A DNA stretch of 64,000 nucleotides, from assembly GCF_018350175.1 (NCBI RefSeq), contig NC_058368.1, positions 74,650,001 through 74,714,000 on the forward strand, written 5' to 3'. This document shows, in pieces, positions 53,265 through 64,000 of the stretch. The notes beneath the pieces were generated by a model. It made no database searches. It was not told where the DNA came from and saw only the letters and a program-made list of their open reading frames with translations. Each line of letters begins with the position of its first letter. Position 1 is the stretch's first letter. The position numbers and the translations under genes were made by a program. The stretch comes from Felis catus. Lineage: Eukaryota.

Positions 53265-53400
53265 TTTCTTTTGTTTTTATTTTACATGACGAAAATGATT
53301 TGGGCAACACTGAAGATTTTAGTAAACGAGTATAAACACATTTCAAAATGTGGTATGGAAATGTTTTCCTGAAGATTCTGTGACATAAAACTGGTTTCTT
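53265..53400 (-). pseudogene. Candidate exon, 136 nt (KKPVLCHRIFRKTFPYHILKCVYTRLLKSSVLPKSFSSCKIKTKE)
   Basis: Strong acceptor tactttgttttcag|, donor A|GTATTT; phase 0->1 open; followed by a 92-nt intron. Confidence 0.5.
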
Positions 53401-54454
53401 CTGAAAACAAAGTATACAAATATTTGCATAATATTGTGGTTTACAAAGCATTGCCTCATAATATCCCATTTCATTTTAAAAACAGGGCTATGAAAGGAGT
53501 GATTCAACGGTTTGATTTAGATTTTAAAATAATAAATGGTATTGAAAATCAATGTAAATTGTATGGAGACAAGGGGGAAGCCATATTGGCTGGTGGAAAT
53601 ACTGAGCGTAGAGGTTTGATGACTGTCTTGAAAACCGACAATAAAAATCCTTTAGTAACTTGATCCCAACAGTATTTGAAAGGTAACTTCATCTCAACTA
53701 ATTTATTGAGATAAATATTCAGGAGCTTACTTAATGCATTCAATTAGCAATGTTAGGGAGAGCCGAGAAAAGCGCAGAATTATAGTCGCTGCTTAATCTC
53801 TTTGCTGATAGAAACATCATGTGTTGGATTAAATCTTCAAATTATTGCAAAACCCAAGTTTGCAAGTGAATCCATGGAAAGTGAAAATCCGTGGTTTTAC
53901 GCGGCTCTAAACATTATGGCTTTGTGTGGAAGAAAGGACAAGAAACAGTTTCCCACCATTTGATTATCTGTGCGGTTATCATCTGTCTTGTCTGCATTTT
54001 CCTCTGAGCACCCTACAGAGGACTGCATAACTAAAAGGTTTTCCATTATATGTAATTTTAAAGAGCACAAATGGTATGCAATCATGTACAATGTGAGAAA
54101 AATTATGACCATCACCATCTTGTCTCCAGAGAGATTCACGTTGAGCTTCAATTTGCTCCTAGAAAGCCTGGGACAGACCTCCTTGAGGGTTTTCTGAGGG
54201 TCATGGGTGGAGAAAGGGCAAGCTTCCCGCTACTCCAATAGGAATATGTCAGCTTTGGCTGTGTTTGCACCCAGCATATGTTTGCATATGGCTGCACGTA
54301 TTTTATGCCCACACGCTGTAGACTTGACTGTCAGGGAGGCACAGCGCCAGGGACACAAAGACCACGATCGTCTTCCTATTATAGGGTCTCTCCTTCTTTC
54401 TCTTACATTTCTAGGCATTTCTGAATTTCTAGAAATCGTCTGGCTTCCACTTAC

Positions 54455-54649
54455 ACAGAAATATGAATGGCGGAGAAGGGAAGCCATGGATAGGAAGCCT
54501 AGTGTTTCAGAGGCGTTTGGACATAAGAACGATCACCATAGTCAAGGTGTTCTAAGGAAAACATGGATGGGGGATTTCGTATAAAGAGACGGCAGCATCT
54601 ATTCTCTGGCTGTTGAGAACCTTGCTCTTCTATTTGCTTCTCCTGGTAT
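54455..54649 (-). pseudogene. Candidate symmetric exon, 195 nt
   Basis: Acceptor tatttttgcatag|, donor TGT|GTAAGT; best frame has one TAG (YQEKQIEEQGSQQPENRCCRLFIRNPPSMFSLEHLDYGDRSYVQTPLKH*ASYPWLPFSAIHIS); true frame ambiguous. Confidence 0.35.
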
Positions 54650-55247
54650 CTATGCAAAAATACTATCTTTTCATGCAATTTCAGAGTTCGCGCTGGTGTT
54701 GCTGGGGGGGGGGGGGGCTCACTGGCAGGAGAGCCAGTCTGGAAATGGAGTAGAAAGGAAAGCTCTTGATAAGCTCTAGACATGTTGCCTCTGACTTCTG
54801 AGTTTCTCTGTCTTTCAGTTTTTCCCACTTTGCCAACCCAATCTCACTCTTCTCCCTCACGACAGCCAGGCAATGATGCAAATCAAACTTGCACATGTTA
54901 GTCTCAACATAGCAAATTTGTGGAGCGGCGGGCTCGTTTTCTAACCTGATTTCTTCTGTGGCTTTAGAAACCGTTCATTTCTATTCAGAAATTATTATTA
55001 GGTATATTCGATAATTACGTGTTCAGTATTTGTTGTCTACCTCAGTCACTGAGGCACTGGGAAACTGTAGTGAACACGTCAGATGAAATACCGCCCGAGT
55101 GGACCTAAAACTCCAATAGTGATGATCAATTGGTAAAATGTATCAGTTCAGGTGGTGATCAATGTTACAAAGGAAAGCACTCATATTAGCGTGAGGAATG
55201 CACTCTGCATAATTATGACAAAATTTCCTTGTGTGCTTAAAAAATTC

Positions 55248-55470
55248 GGGGGAGGGCATCTGCGTGGCTTGGTTAAGTGTCTGACTTCAGCTGGGGCCAT
55301 GATCTCACGGTTCATAGGTTCGAGCCCTGCATCGGGATCTGCACTGACAATGCAGAACCTTCTTGAGATTCTCTCTTTCTCCCTCTCTGTTCCTCCCCTA
55401 CTTGCATGCATTCTTTCTTTCCTTCTCTCTCAAAATAAATAACTAAAATAAGATAAAATAAAATAAAATA
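55248..55470 (+). mobile_element. Older CanSINE
   Basis: Head, CT tract and A-rich tail. Confidence 0.85.
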
Positions 55471-55693
55471 TATTTTGGTGCTATATAATAGTCCAATATT
55501 TCAATAAGCTTGAGCTTTTTGTTGGAAAATGCATATTCTAACTGCCAAGCCTCCAATAGAAAAGAGAATGCAAAATGCACGTGATGCCCTGATTTGGAAG
55601 GAGAGAAGGGAGTGAGCCGACCCAAAAACCCAGAGCTCGCAGGCCCCATGATAATCAAAGTGGTTTCCAAAGTGTCTTTTGGAAAAAAGTGTT

Positions 55694-55932
55694 TTGTTTT
55701 TTGTTTTTGATTTTTTTTCAATGTTTATTTTATTTTTGAGACACACACACACACACACACACACACAGCGTGAGCAGGAGAGAGTCAGAGAGAGGGAGAC
55801 ACAGAATCCGAAGCAGGCTCCAGGCTCCAAGCTGTCTGCACAGAGCCCAACGCGGGGCTTGAACTCACGAACCACGAGATCATGACCTGAGCTGAAGTCG
55901 GATGCTCAACCAACTGAGCCACCCAGGCGCCC
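55694..55932 (-). mobile_element. CanSINE with (CA)n
   Basis: TSD tgg(A)n gtgtt, with a longer A run in the right copy. Confidence 0.9.
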
Positions 55933-55964
55933 TGGAAAAAAAAAAAAGTGTTAAAGGAGTTATG

Positions 55965-56495
55965 ATGGGGTCTATTGTGTCCGATTGGTATAACATAATT
56001 TCCTAGAAAGTTAAGAAGTGAAACGCCCCACATGGATTACCTCCTGGTTTCGGTGGGTCAGGAATCGGCCCGGCTTAGCTGAGGGCTCTGCACAGGGTTT
56101 CCCTCCCAAGACTGCAGTCCAGGTATTTTCATCTGACACTCACGTCCCCTTCGAGGTTCAGGGGCTTTTGGCAGAATTCAATTCCTTGCAGCAGTTACAG
56201 GACCGAGGTCGTCAGCTCAAGGAGGCAGGCTGCCCACAGCTCCTGACCATGTGGGCCTATCCGTAGGTAGTCACATGATGGCAGCCGGGAGCCTCTCATT
56301 CTCTTAGAGTCTAAGAGAATGTAATCACGGAAGGAATGTCTCTGCACCATTGCTCTCAAATGTCCCATCACCTTTGCAATGCTCTGTGAGAGGCAAATCC
56401 CAGGGCCCAGCTCACTCCGGAACAGGGTATTTCACAAAAGCCTGGACACTGGGGTGACAGTGATTATTCACCACCTTCTGGCCTGTCTGCCTCAC
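55965..56495 (-). mobile_element. MLT1 (MaLR) LTR
   Basis: gtgggtcaggaatc..ggcttagctg; ttggcagaattcaattccttgcag; catcacctttgc; tctgcctcaca. Confidence 0.75.
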
Positions 56496-57471
56496 AGAGT
56501 GTTTGGGAAGAATAAAGAAAGCAATCTTTCTTGTTGTAGTTCTAACTCAACCGGACCCACAGAGTCAGGTGCTAAAATACTATAATTCTTCAGCAGGTAT
56601 CAAATTGTTCTAGCTCACAATGTTCGAAAGCAAGCCTTCAGTTCAAGGTGCTTAGCTCAGCCTAAGTTTCTTTCTTTTTTTTTCTCAGATACTATTTAAA
56701 AATATGACATGAGGAATCATGGGGACAATGGAAAGGGAAGACAGCATTAGTATAAGAGATTTTAGTATAAGCTTTAGTCTAAGAGATTTTTCAAGAAAGT
56801 AAATAAAAATGCAAAAGCAAACAAAAAATGCAAGGGATCTGTCAGCCTCCAATAAGATATATATGGGGTCTTCTTTAAAGAAATTGACCTATAATCTTCT
56901 CTAAGACACTACATTTTGATCCTTAATTATGTTAGCGATCATGAAGCGAGGAGTAATATTTTTCACTCAGTCTTAATCCTGAGTGGCAATTTTCAGACAA
57001 CAAACTTCATTTTATGTTAGCCATAAAAGTAATATCTATTCACTAGTGATTATCTACAAAATAGGGAGAAAATAAATATATACAAAAAACAAGTTAGTCT
57101 GCCATAAATCCTTCACTCAAAAAAACAACCTCAACATTTTATTGATTATAGTTAGGGTTCTTTATTCTTATTAATCTTCATACATTTTGAGTTCATAGTG
57201 CAAATATAATCTTTTTTTTTGTTGCTTTATGGCATTATAAATATTTTCATGTACCAAACAGTATTGGTGGTAGTTCTTCAAAGGTCCAGGTTTGATAATA
57301 CCCTAATTTATGGAAGCGTTTTCCTCTCACTGCACACTTAAATTTGTTTCCAGTTTTTCATCAAATCAAGTTTGTTGTCGAAGTTTTGTTGTCAAATCAA
57401 GCTCTTGTAAGAATCTCTGCACGTTGCGTAGGCTCTTAAAATCGATCATAGGATGTAAAGAGCTGTTTCAA

Positions 57472-57725
57472 GGGGCACCTGGTTGGCTCAGTCGGTTAAA
57501 TATCCCACTGTTGGTTTGGGCTCAGGTCATTATCTCATGGTTTGTGAGACTGAGCCCCACATCGGGCTCTGCACTGACGGCATGGAGCCTGCTTGGGATT
57601 CTCTCTCTCCTTCTCTCTCTGTGACCCTACCCCACTCATGCTCATTCTTTCTCCCCCTCCCTATTTCTCTCTCTCTCCCTCTCTCTCTCTCTCTCTCAAT
57701 AAATAAATAAATACTCAAAAAAATA
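57472..57725 (+). mobile_element. Older CanSINE
   Basis: TSD aaa(g/t)agctg(t/c)ttca. Confidence 0.9.
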
Positions 57726-57861
57726 TTTAAATAGCTGCTTCAGGTTCTTGTCCAATGTTCCGAAGTTAATTTCCTAAAATATGAAATGTACTTACACACA
57801 TAAAATGTAAGATCTGCCTTCTCAGAGCATCTCCACAAGCATTATTATTTAAAAAGTAGAA

Positions 57862-57990
57862 CCTGGGTGGCTCATTCAGTTAGGCATCCGACTGTTGATC
57901 TCAGCTCAGGTCTTGATCTCAGGGTCGTGAGTTCAAGCCCTTCCACTGGGTTCTGCGCTGGGTATGAAGCCGTCTGAAAAAAAAAAAAAA
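57862..57990 (+). mobile_element. Short CanSINE
   Basis: tRNA-like head directly followed by an A tail. Confidence 0.8.
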
Positions 57991-58041
57991 AGGAGAGCCT
58001 CAATTAGAGAAGTAAACAACAATGTATCCGAAATAATTGGT

Positions 58042-58254
58042 GGGGCGCCTGGGTGGCTCAGTCAGTTGGGCATCATTCAGCTCAGGTCATGATCTCGCAG
58101 TTTGTGAGTTGGAGCCCCGGTGTTGGGCTCTGTGCTGACAGCTCGGAGCCTGGAACTTGCTTCGGATTCTGTGTTTCCCTATCTCTCTGCTCCTCCCCTG
58201 TTCATGCTCTGTCTCTCTCTCTCTCTCAAAAATAAACAAACATTAAAAAAATTT
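58042..58254 (+). mobile_element. CanSINE
   Basis: TSD aaataattggt. Confidence 0.9.
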
Positions 58255-58503
58255 AAATAATTGGTATTGTTTGATTCCTGGGAAGATTAAACTTTTCAAA
58301 CTGGAGTTTCATGTGGCTGTAACTGTCAGGAAGAGTGATTCTCTGGTTGCCTGGTGTCAGTCCTTCATCCCAGAATTTTGCTTACAGGGACTACAGTTCC
58401 TGGTGCCCTGAGAGCCACTCTAGTAGTTATCCAGCCTCTTCCTCCTATTGTGTGTGTGGGTGGTGGTGGGGGGGGGGTGGCAGTGATCACTCCAGCATCC
58501 TCC

Positions 58504-58506
<3 letters not shown>

Positions 58507-58546
<40 letters not shown>
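58507..58546. repeat. (TG)n microsatellite
   Basis: Seen directly. Confidence 0.95.
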
Positions 58547-58547
<1 letters not shown>

Positions 58548-58559
58548 TCACCGACTTAC

Positions 58560-58637
58560 AAAGGGAAAAGCAGTTTGCAAACTGCATACCAGTACCAGGA
58601 ATTTGCTCTGTGTCCCGTTGCATACGGACAGGGAGTC
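58560..58637 (-). pseudogene. Candidate symmetric exon, 78 nt
   Basis: Acceptor tgtcatttag|, donor TTT|GTAAGT; all three frames open (phase 0: DSLSVCNGTQSKFLVLVCSLQTAFPF). Confidence 0.35.
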
Positions 58638-58748
58638 CTAAATGACATTTCAATCTAATTCTTTTAGACTTCGTAGAGACCGGCATTTCTTCCTGGATTC
58701 TAGCCCACTGGTAGTTTCTTATGAGTTGCCTTCATTTTCTCCATCTTT

Positions 58749-58968
58749 TTTTTTTAATTTTTTTTCAACGTTTATTTATTTTTGGGACAGAGAGAGACAG
58801 CGCATGAACGGGGGAGGGGCAGAGAGAGAGGGAGACACAGAATCGGAAACAAGCTCCAGGCTCCGAGCCATCAGCCCAGAGCCCGACACGGGGCTCGAAC
58901 TCACGGACCGCGAGATCGTGACCTGGCTGAAGTCGGACGCTTAACCTACTGCGCCACCCAGGCGCCCC
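58749..58968 (-). mobile_element. Young Felis-type CanSINE
   Basis: TSD attttctccatcttt. Confidence 0.95.
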
Positions 58969-59131
58969 AATTTTCTCCATCTTTATAACTATGGGGGGCA
59001 AGGGAGGGACAGCATCAGTGCTTCTGGTCAGACAGCACAGACAATGGCATTTTCTTTTCTAGTTAATAGGAGGCTTACACTCATCATTCTATTTATATGT
59101 GCTCCCCACTCCATCCACTCATTGCTCTATT

Positions 59132-59162
<31 letters not shown>

Positions 59163-59346
59163 TTGAGAGAGAGAGAGAGACAGAGTGTAGGGGAAGGGAG
59201 GGGCAGAGAGAGTGGGAGACACAGAATCTGAAGCAGGCTCTGAGCTGTCAGCACAGAGCCCAATGTGGGGCTTGAACCTACAAACCATAAGATCATGACC
59301 TGAGCCAAAGTCGGATGCTTAACCCACTGAGCCACCCAGGCACCCC
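59132..59346 (-). mobile_element. CanSINE
   Basis: TSD tgctctatt; (TTTA)n tail. Confidence 0.9.
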
Positions 59347-59852
59347 TGCTCTATTCTTTTCTAAGTCATTATCACCTCGGGAAAGATCTCCTGGTTTATT
59401 TATTTATTATGTTTATCAGTTACCATTCTCTAAGCGACACTAGTATCTAACTCTACCACAGCTGGGATTACTGTTTGCTTGTTTGTTTGGAATTGTTGAC
59501 TGATATAAGACCCTAGAATTGCACCCACATGGTAGGTGACCAGTCAGCGTATAAGGGACACAGGTATGAATTTTCATGTTGACAAATGGTATCTAATGAA
59601 TTCATAGTACTTTTTAATTAAAAGGAAAAATGTCAAGTATAATTGCCAGGTCAGTGATAATGGGTGCTCAAAACTTTTGTTGAATGAAGAAATGAAACTA
59701 TGAGCGAATTAATTGTTTCTGGAAATACCTCAGATTCCCACTTGAGGATAATGTTCATTACCCACATATTTCACCTAATTACCCAAGACTCGCTGGTGTC
59801 AGTTACCCCAATTCCAAGGGCCAGTTAACTAGAAATAATAAACTGTCCTTAC

Positions 59853-60021
59853 CGGGTATACATGTCCAAGTGAATGTAATGAAAGTGACGTCCAAATGTC
59901 AGAGACATAGTAGGAAATATTAAGCACATCTTTTTACTGAAATTTCCTTACATATATTTTCATTTAACAAACTTTCATTACAAATGTGGATCCTTCGTAG
60001 ACTCTGTCTATAATTATTACA
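59853..60021 (-). pseudogene. Candidate exon, 169 nt (VIIIDRVYEGSTFVMKVC*MKIYVRKFQ*KDVLNISYYVSDIWTSLSLHSLGHVYP)
   Basis: Strong acceptor ttttctttttag|, strong donor CCG|GTAAGG; phase 2->0; two in-frame TAA. Confidence 0.5.
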
Positions 60022-60404
60022 CTAAAAAGAAAACATCCACGCCAATTTCAGAGGTTGAAAGGGTAGGTGATGGCCCTGGGTGGTGGGTAAGGGGGCCTCT
60101 GTGCTATGACCACATGCCAACAAAGAAAGAAAGTCAATTTGCGGAAATGTTCCTGTGGAACCTTCAGAATTCATTTCAGGAGCTGAGCAGCTAGTCACTG
60201 CCATTCCGACAGCTCTGTTTCTCGTTCTGACTCTCTCAAGTCGAGATTCTGCAGATTGGGTACCCCAGGACATGCAAGTCTTAGGCTACTTTGGATTTGA
60301 TGTGAAAAAGAATCCCACTGTTCGGAAGCAAAGGCTTGTCAGAACAGAACCAACATTTTCCCCCCACTTTCTGTGTAATGTAACTTAAGACTAGGAAAAA
60401 AAAA

Positions 60405-60407
<3 letters not shown>

Positions 60408-60435
<28 letters not shown>
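60408..60435. repeat. (CA)n microsatellite
   Basis: Seen directly. Confidence 0.95.
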
Positions 60436-60438
<3 letters not shown>

Positions 60439-61041
60439 AGGCTATTTTTTCTTCATGAGGAAAAAAAATCAAAGCTCTTAAAATTCTCCAGTGATTTTTG
60501 GCTCTCCAGCAGTGTTTAGTTGATTCCCCACAGCTACTATTACTTTTCCTGATCAGAGTTGAGTTTCCTAATATCCTCTGCGGAGCCACGATGCTCCAAA
60601 TTGAAAATTCAATAGAGACAGGAAAGAACATTCTATGGAACACTTGTAAATAGTGAAAGGCTCACATCTTCATCATAAAGGCACATTTATTTGCGCATTT
60701 ATGACTTCCTTAGGGATTTTTTGACCATCCTCTAGGAAATGTAGGATGCTTGGGGACTTTGGGAAGCAAGGAAGATGTCCGTCCTTTCTCTAGGACAAAC
60801 ATTTTCACCTTGGTGGTCAGACACATGTGTGCAAATGTACGGAATGCCTGTGTCTAGCCGCAGAGGGATCCCCTAGGTCTGTGAGATTTTGCAAAAAGAA
60901 AATGCCATTCCTAGAGTTTGACTCTAAATGAAATGAGGTGTAAAGCAGACAACTATTTAAATAAACTCAGAGACACAGGTAACCGATGACTTCAAGGACA
61001 GAGGGATTTCTCTTTTTCATAATTTATTTTAGAACTTTTCT

Positions 61042-61075
<34 letters not shown>

Positions 61076-61091
61076 CTTATAGACTTGTTTT

Positions 61092-61324
61092 ATTTTTTTT
61101 TTTTACAAATTTTTTTTTCAACTTTTTTTATTTATTTTTGGGACAGAGAGAGACAGAGCATGAACGGGGGAGGGGCAGAGAGAGAGGGAGACACAGAATC
61201 GGAAACAGGCTCCAGGCTCCAAGCCATCAGCCCAGAGCCCGACGCGGGGCTCGAACTCACAGACCGCGAGATCGTGACCTGGCTGAAGTCGGACGCTCAA
61301 CCGACTGCGCCACCCAGGCGCCCC
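61092..61324 (-). mobile_element. Young Felis-type CanSINE
   Basis: TSD tagacttgtttt. Confidence 0.95.
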
Positions 61325-61660
61325 TAGACTTGTTTTAGCTGAGTGCATATTGTAATTGTCGCCGCCATGCCCTGGAGAAAACTACTGACAAACCCCGGAG
61401 ACTAGCCTCGCGACACCTCTTTCTCATTATGGGTTATTTCCTCTTCAACGTGTTATTCGTGTAAAGTGAGAAAATCTCCACTTTTTGCATAGAGGGTGTT
61501 TACTCCCTTTAATAGAGAGCACTCAAAGCCCTAACAAAAGAGCCAGCATTAGCACTCACATTTCCTCCCCGTGGTTGCTCTGTGGCATTTCAGAGCCGAT
61601 ATCCTGCCGCTGTGCTCCGTGGGGAGCACTTCAATATTGCTTTCTCTCCTTTAGTAATAC

Positions 61661-61777
61661 TTAGCAACCACATGTTGTGCAAAGCTTCCTACAAACAGTA
61701 CAATGAAGAACAACGCAAGGCTCTTTCCAGCTTTCTCTTATCTATGGATGCATTAAAAAATATTTTGGCAAATATCT
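61661..61777 (-). pseudogene. Candidate exon, 117 nt (IFAKIFFNASIDKRKLERALRCSSLYCL*EALHNMWLL)
   Basis: Acceptor ttctttcatttcaattttaaaacag|, weak donor gtatta; one TAG; phase 1->1 does not fit its neighbours without an indel. Confidence 0.3.
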
Positions 61778-62040
61778 CTGTTTTAAAATTGAAATGAAAG
61801 AATTTCTGCTCTCTTTGGTTTCGGAGGCGTATTCATTACATTGTTTTAAAATGACCCTTATAGAGGTAGTTAAATATACATGTTAACTATGTTAATAGTG
61901 CTTGGCAAACCTGGATTCTCTCAAAACACATAGATGTCAGTTGAAATCGCATAGAATAAAATACAACATCCAAGCTATATAAAGAAATTGCCAACATTCT
62001 ATCAAGTTGATAAAATCTAGATAACTTGATTTATAATTAC

Positions 62041-62262
62041 TCGGATGTCAAATGAAGCATTTCCCCTTTAGTGCTTTCGTGCAATCTCGCAAAGAGAAAC
62101 AATATTTTCAGGATCATTTTGTCTCGTGCTTCTGCTGAACACGAGGCACATTTCTTTTTAAAAGGATCGACTTCAGTTTTCCTGTAAAAGTTTAGCTTCA
62201 TCTTGACATTTTGGATTGCATACAAGCGTTTTGAGAGGTAATTGGTTCTCGCGGTGTTATTT
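62041..62262 (-). pseudogene. Candidate exon (NNTARTNYLSKRLYAIQNVKMKLNFYRKTEVDPFKKKCASCSAEARDKMILKILFLFARLHESTKGEMLHLTS)
   Basis: Open frame (ORF 62037-62300); donor GA|GTAATT, phase 2. Acceptor is either tttttctatatttcttccAA (non-canonical, start 62262) or ctaaacttttacAG (start 62181); both are phase 2. Confidence 0.45.
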
Positions 62263-62610
62263 TTGGAAGAAATATAGAAAAATGTAACGACGATTCTCAC
62301 ATTAATTGCACAATGTAGTAAAATAATTATTTATTGTTAAGGTTACAAATCTGAAGAGACCCATCTACTGAGTGAGACAGTACAAAAGCTAGTGTTTCAA
62401 CACTTAAAATTACGTGTTACAACTGACAGTGTTGTAATTAATCCCAACCTTAGTTTGCCTTAATATTTCTATCCTCTTAGGAAGAAGATATATAAAACTA
62501 TGTTTTTAAGCTTTATGCAATCTGATTTTTCATTTTCCTACATAAATAGGGGTATGTTTGGAGAGAACTGAAATGTTGACTCCTCTATAACTTTTAAAGT
62601 GTTTATTTTA

Positions 62611-62837
62611 GGGGCGCCTGGGTGGCGCAGTCGGTTAAGCGTCCGACTTCAGCCAGGTCACGATCTCGCGGTCCGGGAGTTCGAGCCCCGCGTCGGGCTC
62701 TGGGCTGATGGCTCAGAGCCTGGAGCCTGTTTCCGATTCTGTGTCTCCCTCTCTCTCTGCCCCTCCCCCGTTCATGCTCTGTCTCTCTCTGTCCCAAAAA
62801 TAAATAAATGTTGAAAAAAAAAATTAAAAAAAAAATG
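62611..62837 (+). mobile_element. Young Felis-type CanSINE
   Basis: 19-bp TSD ttttaaagtgtttatttta at 62592-62610 and 62838-62856. Confidence 0.95.
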
Positions 62838-62947
62838 TTTTAAAGTGTTTATTTTATTTTTTGGCCTGATCATACCATTTCTGTTGTGATACCTCTTGGA
62901 TCAACATTTTGCAGTTTACTATCTTATTATCACATATTTCCACTTAC

Positions 62948-63017
62948 GTTTCGTTTTTGCTCCTTTCTAAGTGAAGGTACAATGCGATGAAGTCTGTTAA
63001 ATCGAAATGAGCTGTAT
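62948..63017 (-). pseudogene. Candidate exon, 70 nt (TAHFDLTDFIALYLHLERSKNE)
   Basis: Acceptor ...catgtag|, donor AAC|GTAAGT; phase 1->2 frame open and compatible with the next exon; a second frame is also open. Confidence 0.45.
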
Positions 63018-63878
63018 CTACATGTTACCAAATAGGTGACAGCTTTGGGGTGGTGCCTTTATTTTCAGTTCAGTTGGTGATATATTTCATTTTATTATAT
63101 TAAAAAGACCAATAATTAGGCATGGGCTTTTAAGCCCTTTGATCAATTTTTTCAGTAGTTTCAACTGCTCAGTGATTAACCTAATGCACAATTCAGATGA
63201 TTGTGAAAAATCTTATATAGAGTATTTTATCAAACCTCAGGAGTCATTCGATATCATTTTTAAATTATGCTAAGGCATTATGAAATATGGTGCAAAGTAA
63301 TTTCAAGCCCTGAAGGGGAATTCCTTCGGGAAGGTTCTCTACCCTTAATTTTTTCCCCATTGATGTTTCAGTTAATTTTTACATGTGTCCACCAGGAGGG
63401 TCCTAAGTGTCATGTTTTTGAAATCAGCGCCTATGGGATAGTATGAGCAATGACGGCATGTTCAGCAGCTGATAAGTTCAAATTTGTTGGACGTAAATGT
63501 AAATGGACCAGAAGGTTTGCTCTCTTTCACTTCAGCAACTTTTAGGTGGGAAACAAAACCAAATAAAAAGGGTCTTCACTCTGCCCTTTCCTATGTGCGC
63601 TGGAAGCAGACGTTAATATTTTACGTACAATTTTCGGTACCCAGTAATTGGCAATAAAGACAAAATAATTTACTGTTTCAAGATTCCTCAGTGTTAACTA
63701 ATTAAACCAGCAGCAGACCTGGAGCACAGGACAATGGCGAACTTTCAGATGAATTAATTTTATGCAAGACCAGCTGAGTAATTGGACTCCAATTACAGGG
63801 AGTTTACCCCATCATCACCTTCATATATAATTAAATTCAATTGGTTGATACAGCTTCTATTTTTATGAGGCCACTTAC

Positions 63879-63940
63879 CGGCTTTTTGAACCCCACTGTG
63901 ACTTTGGATTCAGGCCAATCAATTATTAGTCATTTCTCTT
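63879..63940 (-). pseudogene. Candidate exon remnant (..LIIDWPESKVTVGFKKP)
   Basis: Consensus donor CCG|GTAAGT (63878-63873); phase-0 frame open for 17 codons after a TGA; acceptor uncertain. Confidence 0.35.
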
Positions 63941-64000
63941 TCAAATGGAAACACTCTGGATTAGTCATATTTTCCATAATGGCCACATTTAAAATATCTC

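Larger units (their letters stand above)
40320..63940 (-). pseudogene. Candidate decayed multi-exon gene (unprocessed/unitary pseudogene), product not recognised; probably continues beyond the right edge
   Basis: Series of minus-strand segments with pyrimidine-tract/AG acceptors and GT donors, mostly phase-compatible, with protein-like frames disrupted by stops and frameshifts (see individual exons). Outer limits uncertain. Confidence 0.6.

Noticed and set aside
54207..54584. Plus-strand 125-aa ORF with a good acceptor near 54415
   Set aside because: No compatible neighbouring exons on the plus strand; it shows that single exon-like hits arise by chance, so isolated candidates are scored low.
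61582..61797. Plus-strand ORF YKQYNEEQRKALSSFLL...
   Set aside because: Probably the antisense shadow of the minus-strand candidate exon; no donor or partner found.
40320..63940. Assigning a gene name to the fossil gene
   Set aside because: No stitched peptide matched a protein I reliably recognise; naming it would be a guess.

Overview
Mammalian genomic DNA, almost certainly felid: it carries about 39 tRNA-derived CanSINEs, many of the young Felis-type (SINEC_Fc-like) with clean target-site duplications. It also has old L1, L2, MIR, MLT and hAT fragments and many microsatellites. I find no intact protein-coding gene, RNA gene or CRISPR array, and most listed ORFs are repeat or microsatellite artefacts. 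The main hidden signal is on the minus strand from about 63.9 kb down to about 40 kb. There, a chain of GT-AG-bounded, exon-sized unique segments has largely compatible splice phases and protein-like translations, broken by premature stops, frameshifts and two apparent AG>AA acceptor mutations. This fits a decayed multi-exon gene (candidate unitary pseudogene) whose 5' end lies beyond the window; I do not recognise the protein. A repeat-free, CpG-richer block at about 33-38.5 kb looks regulatory. Repeat subfamily names and the edges of old repeats are by-eye estimates.
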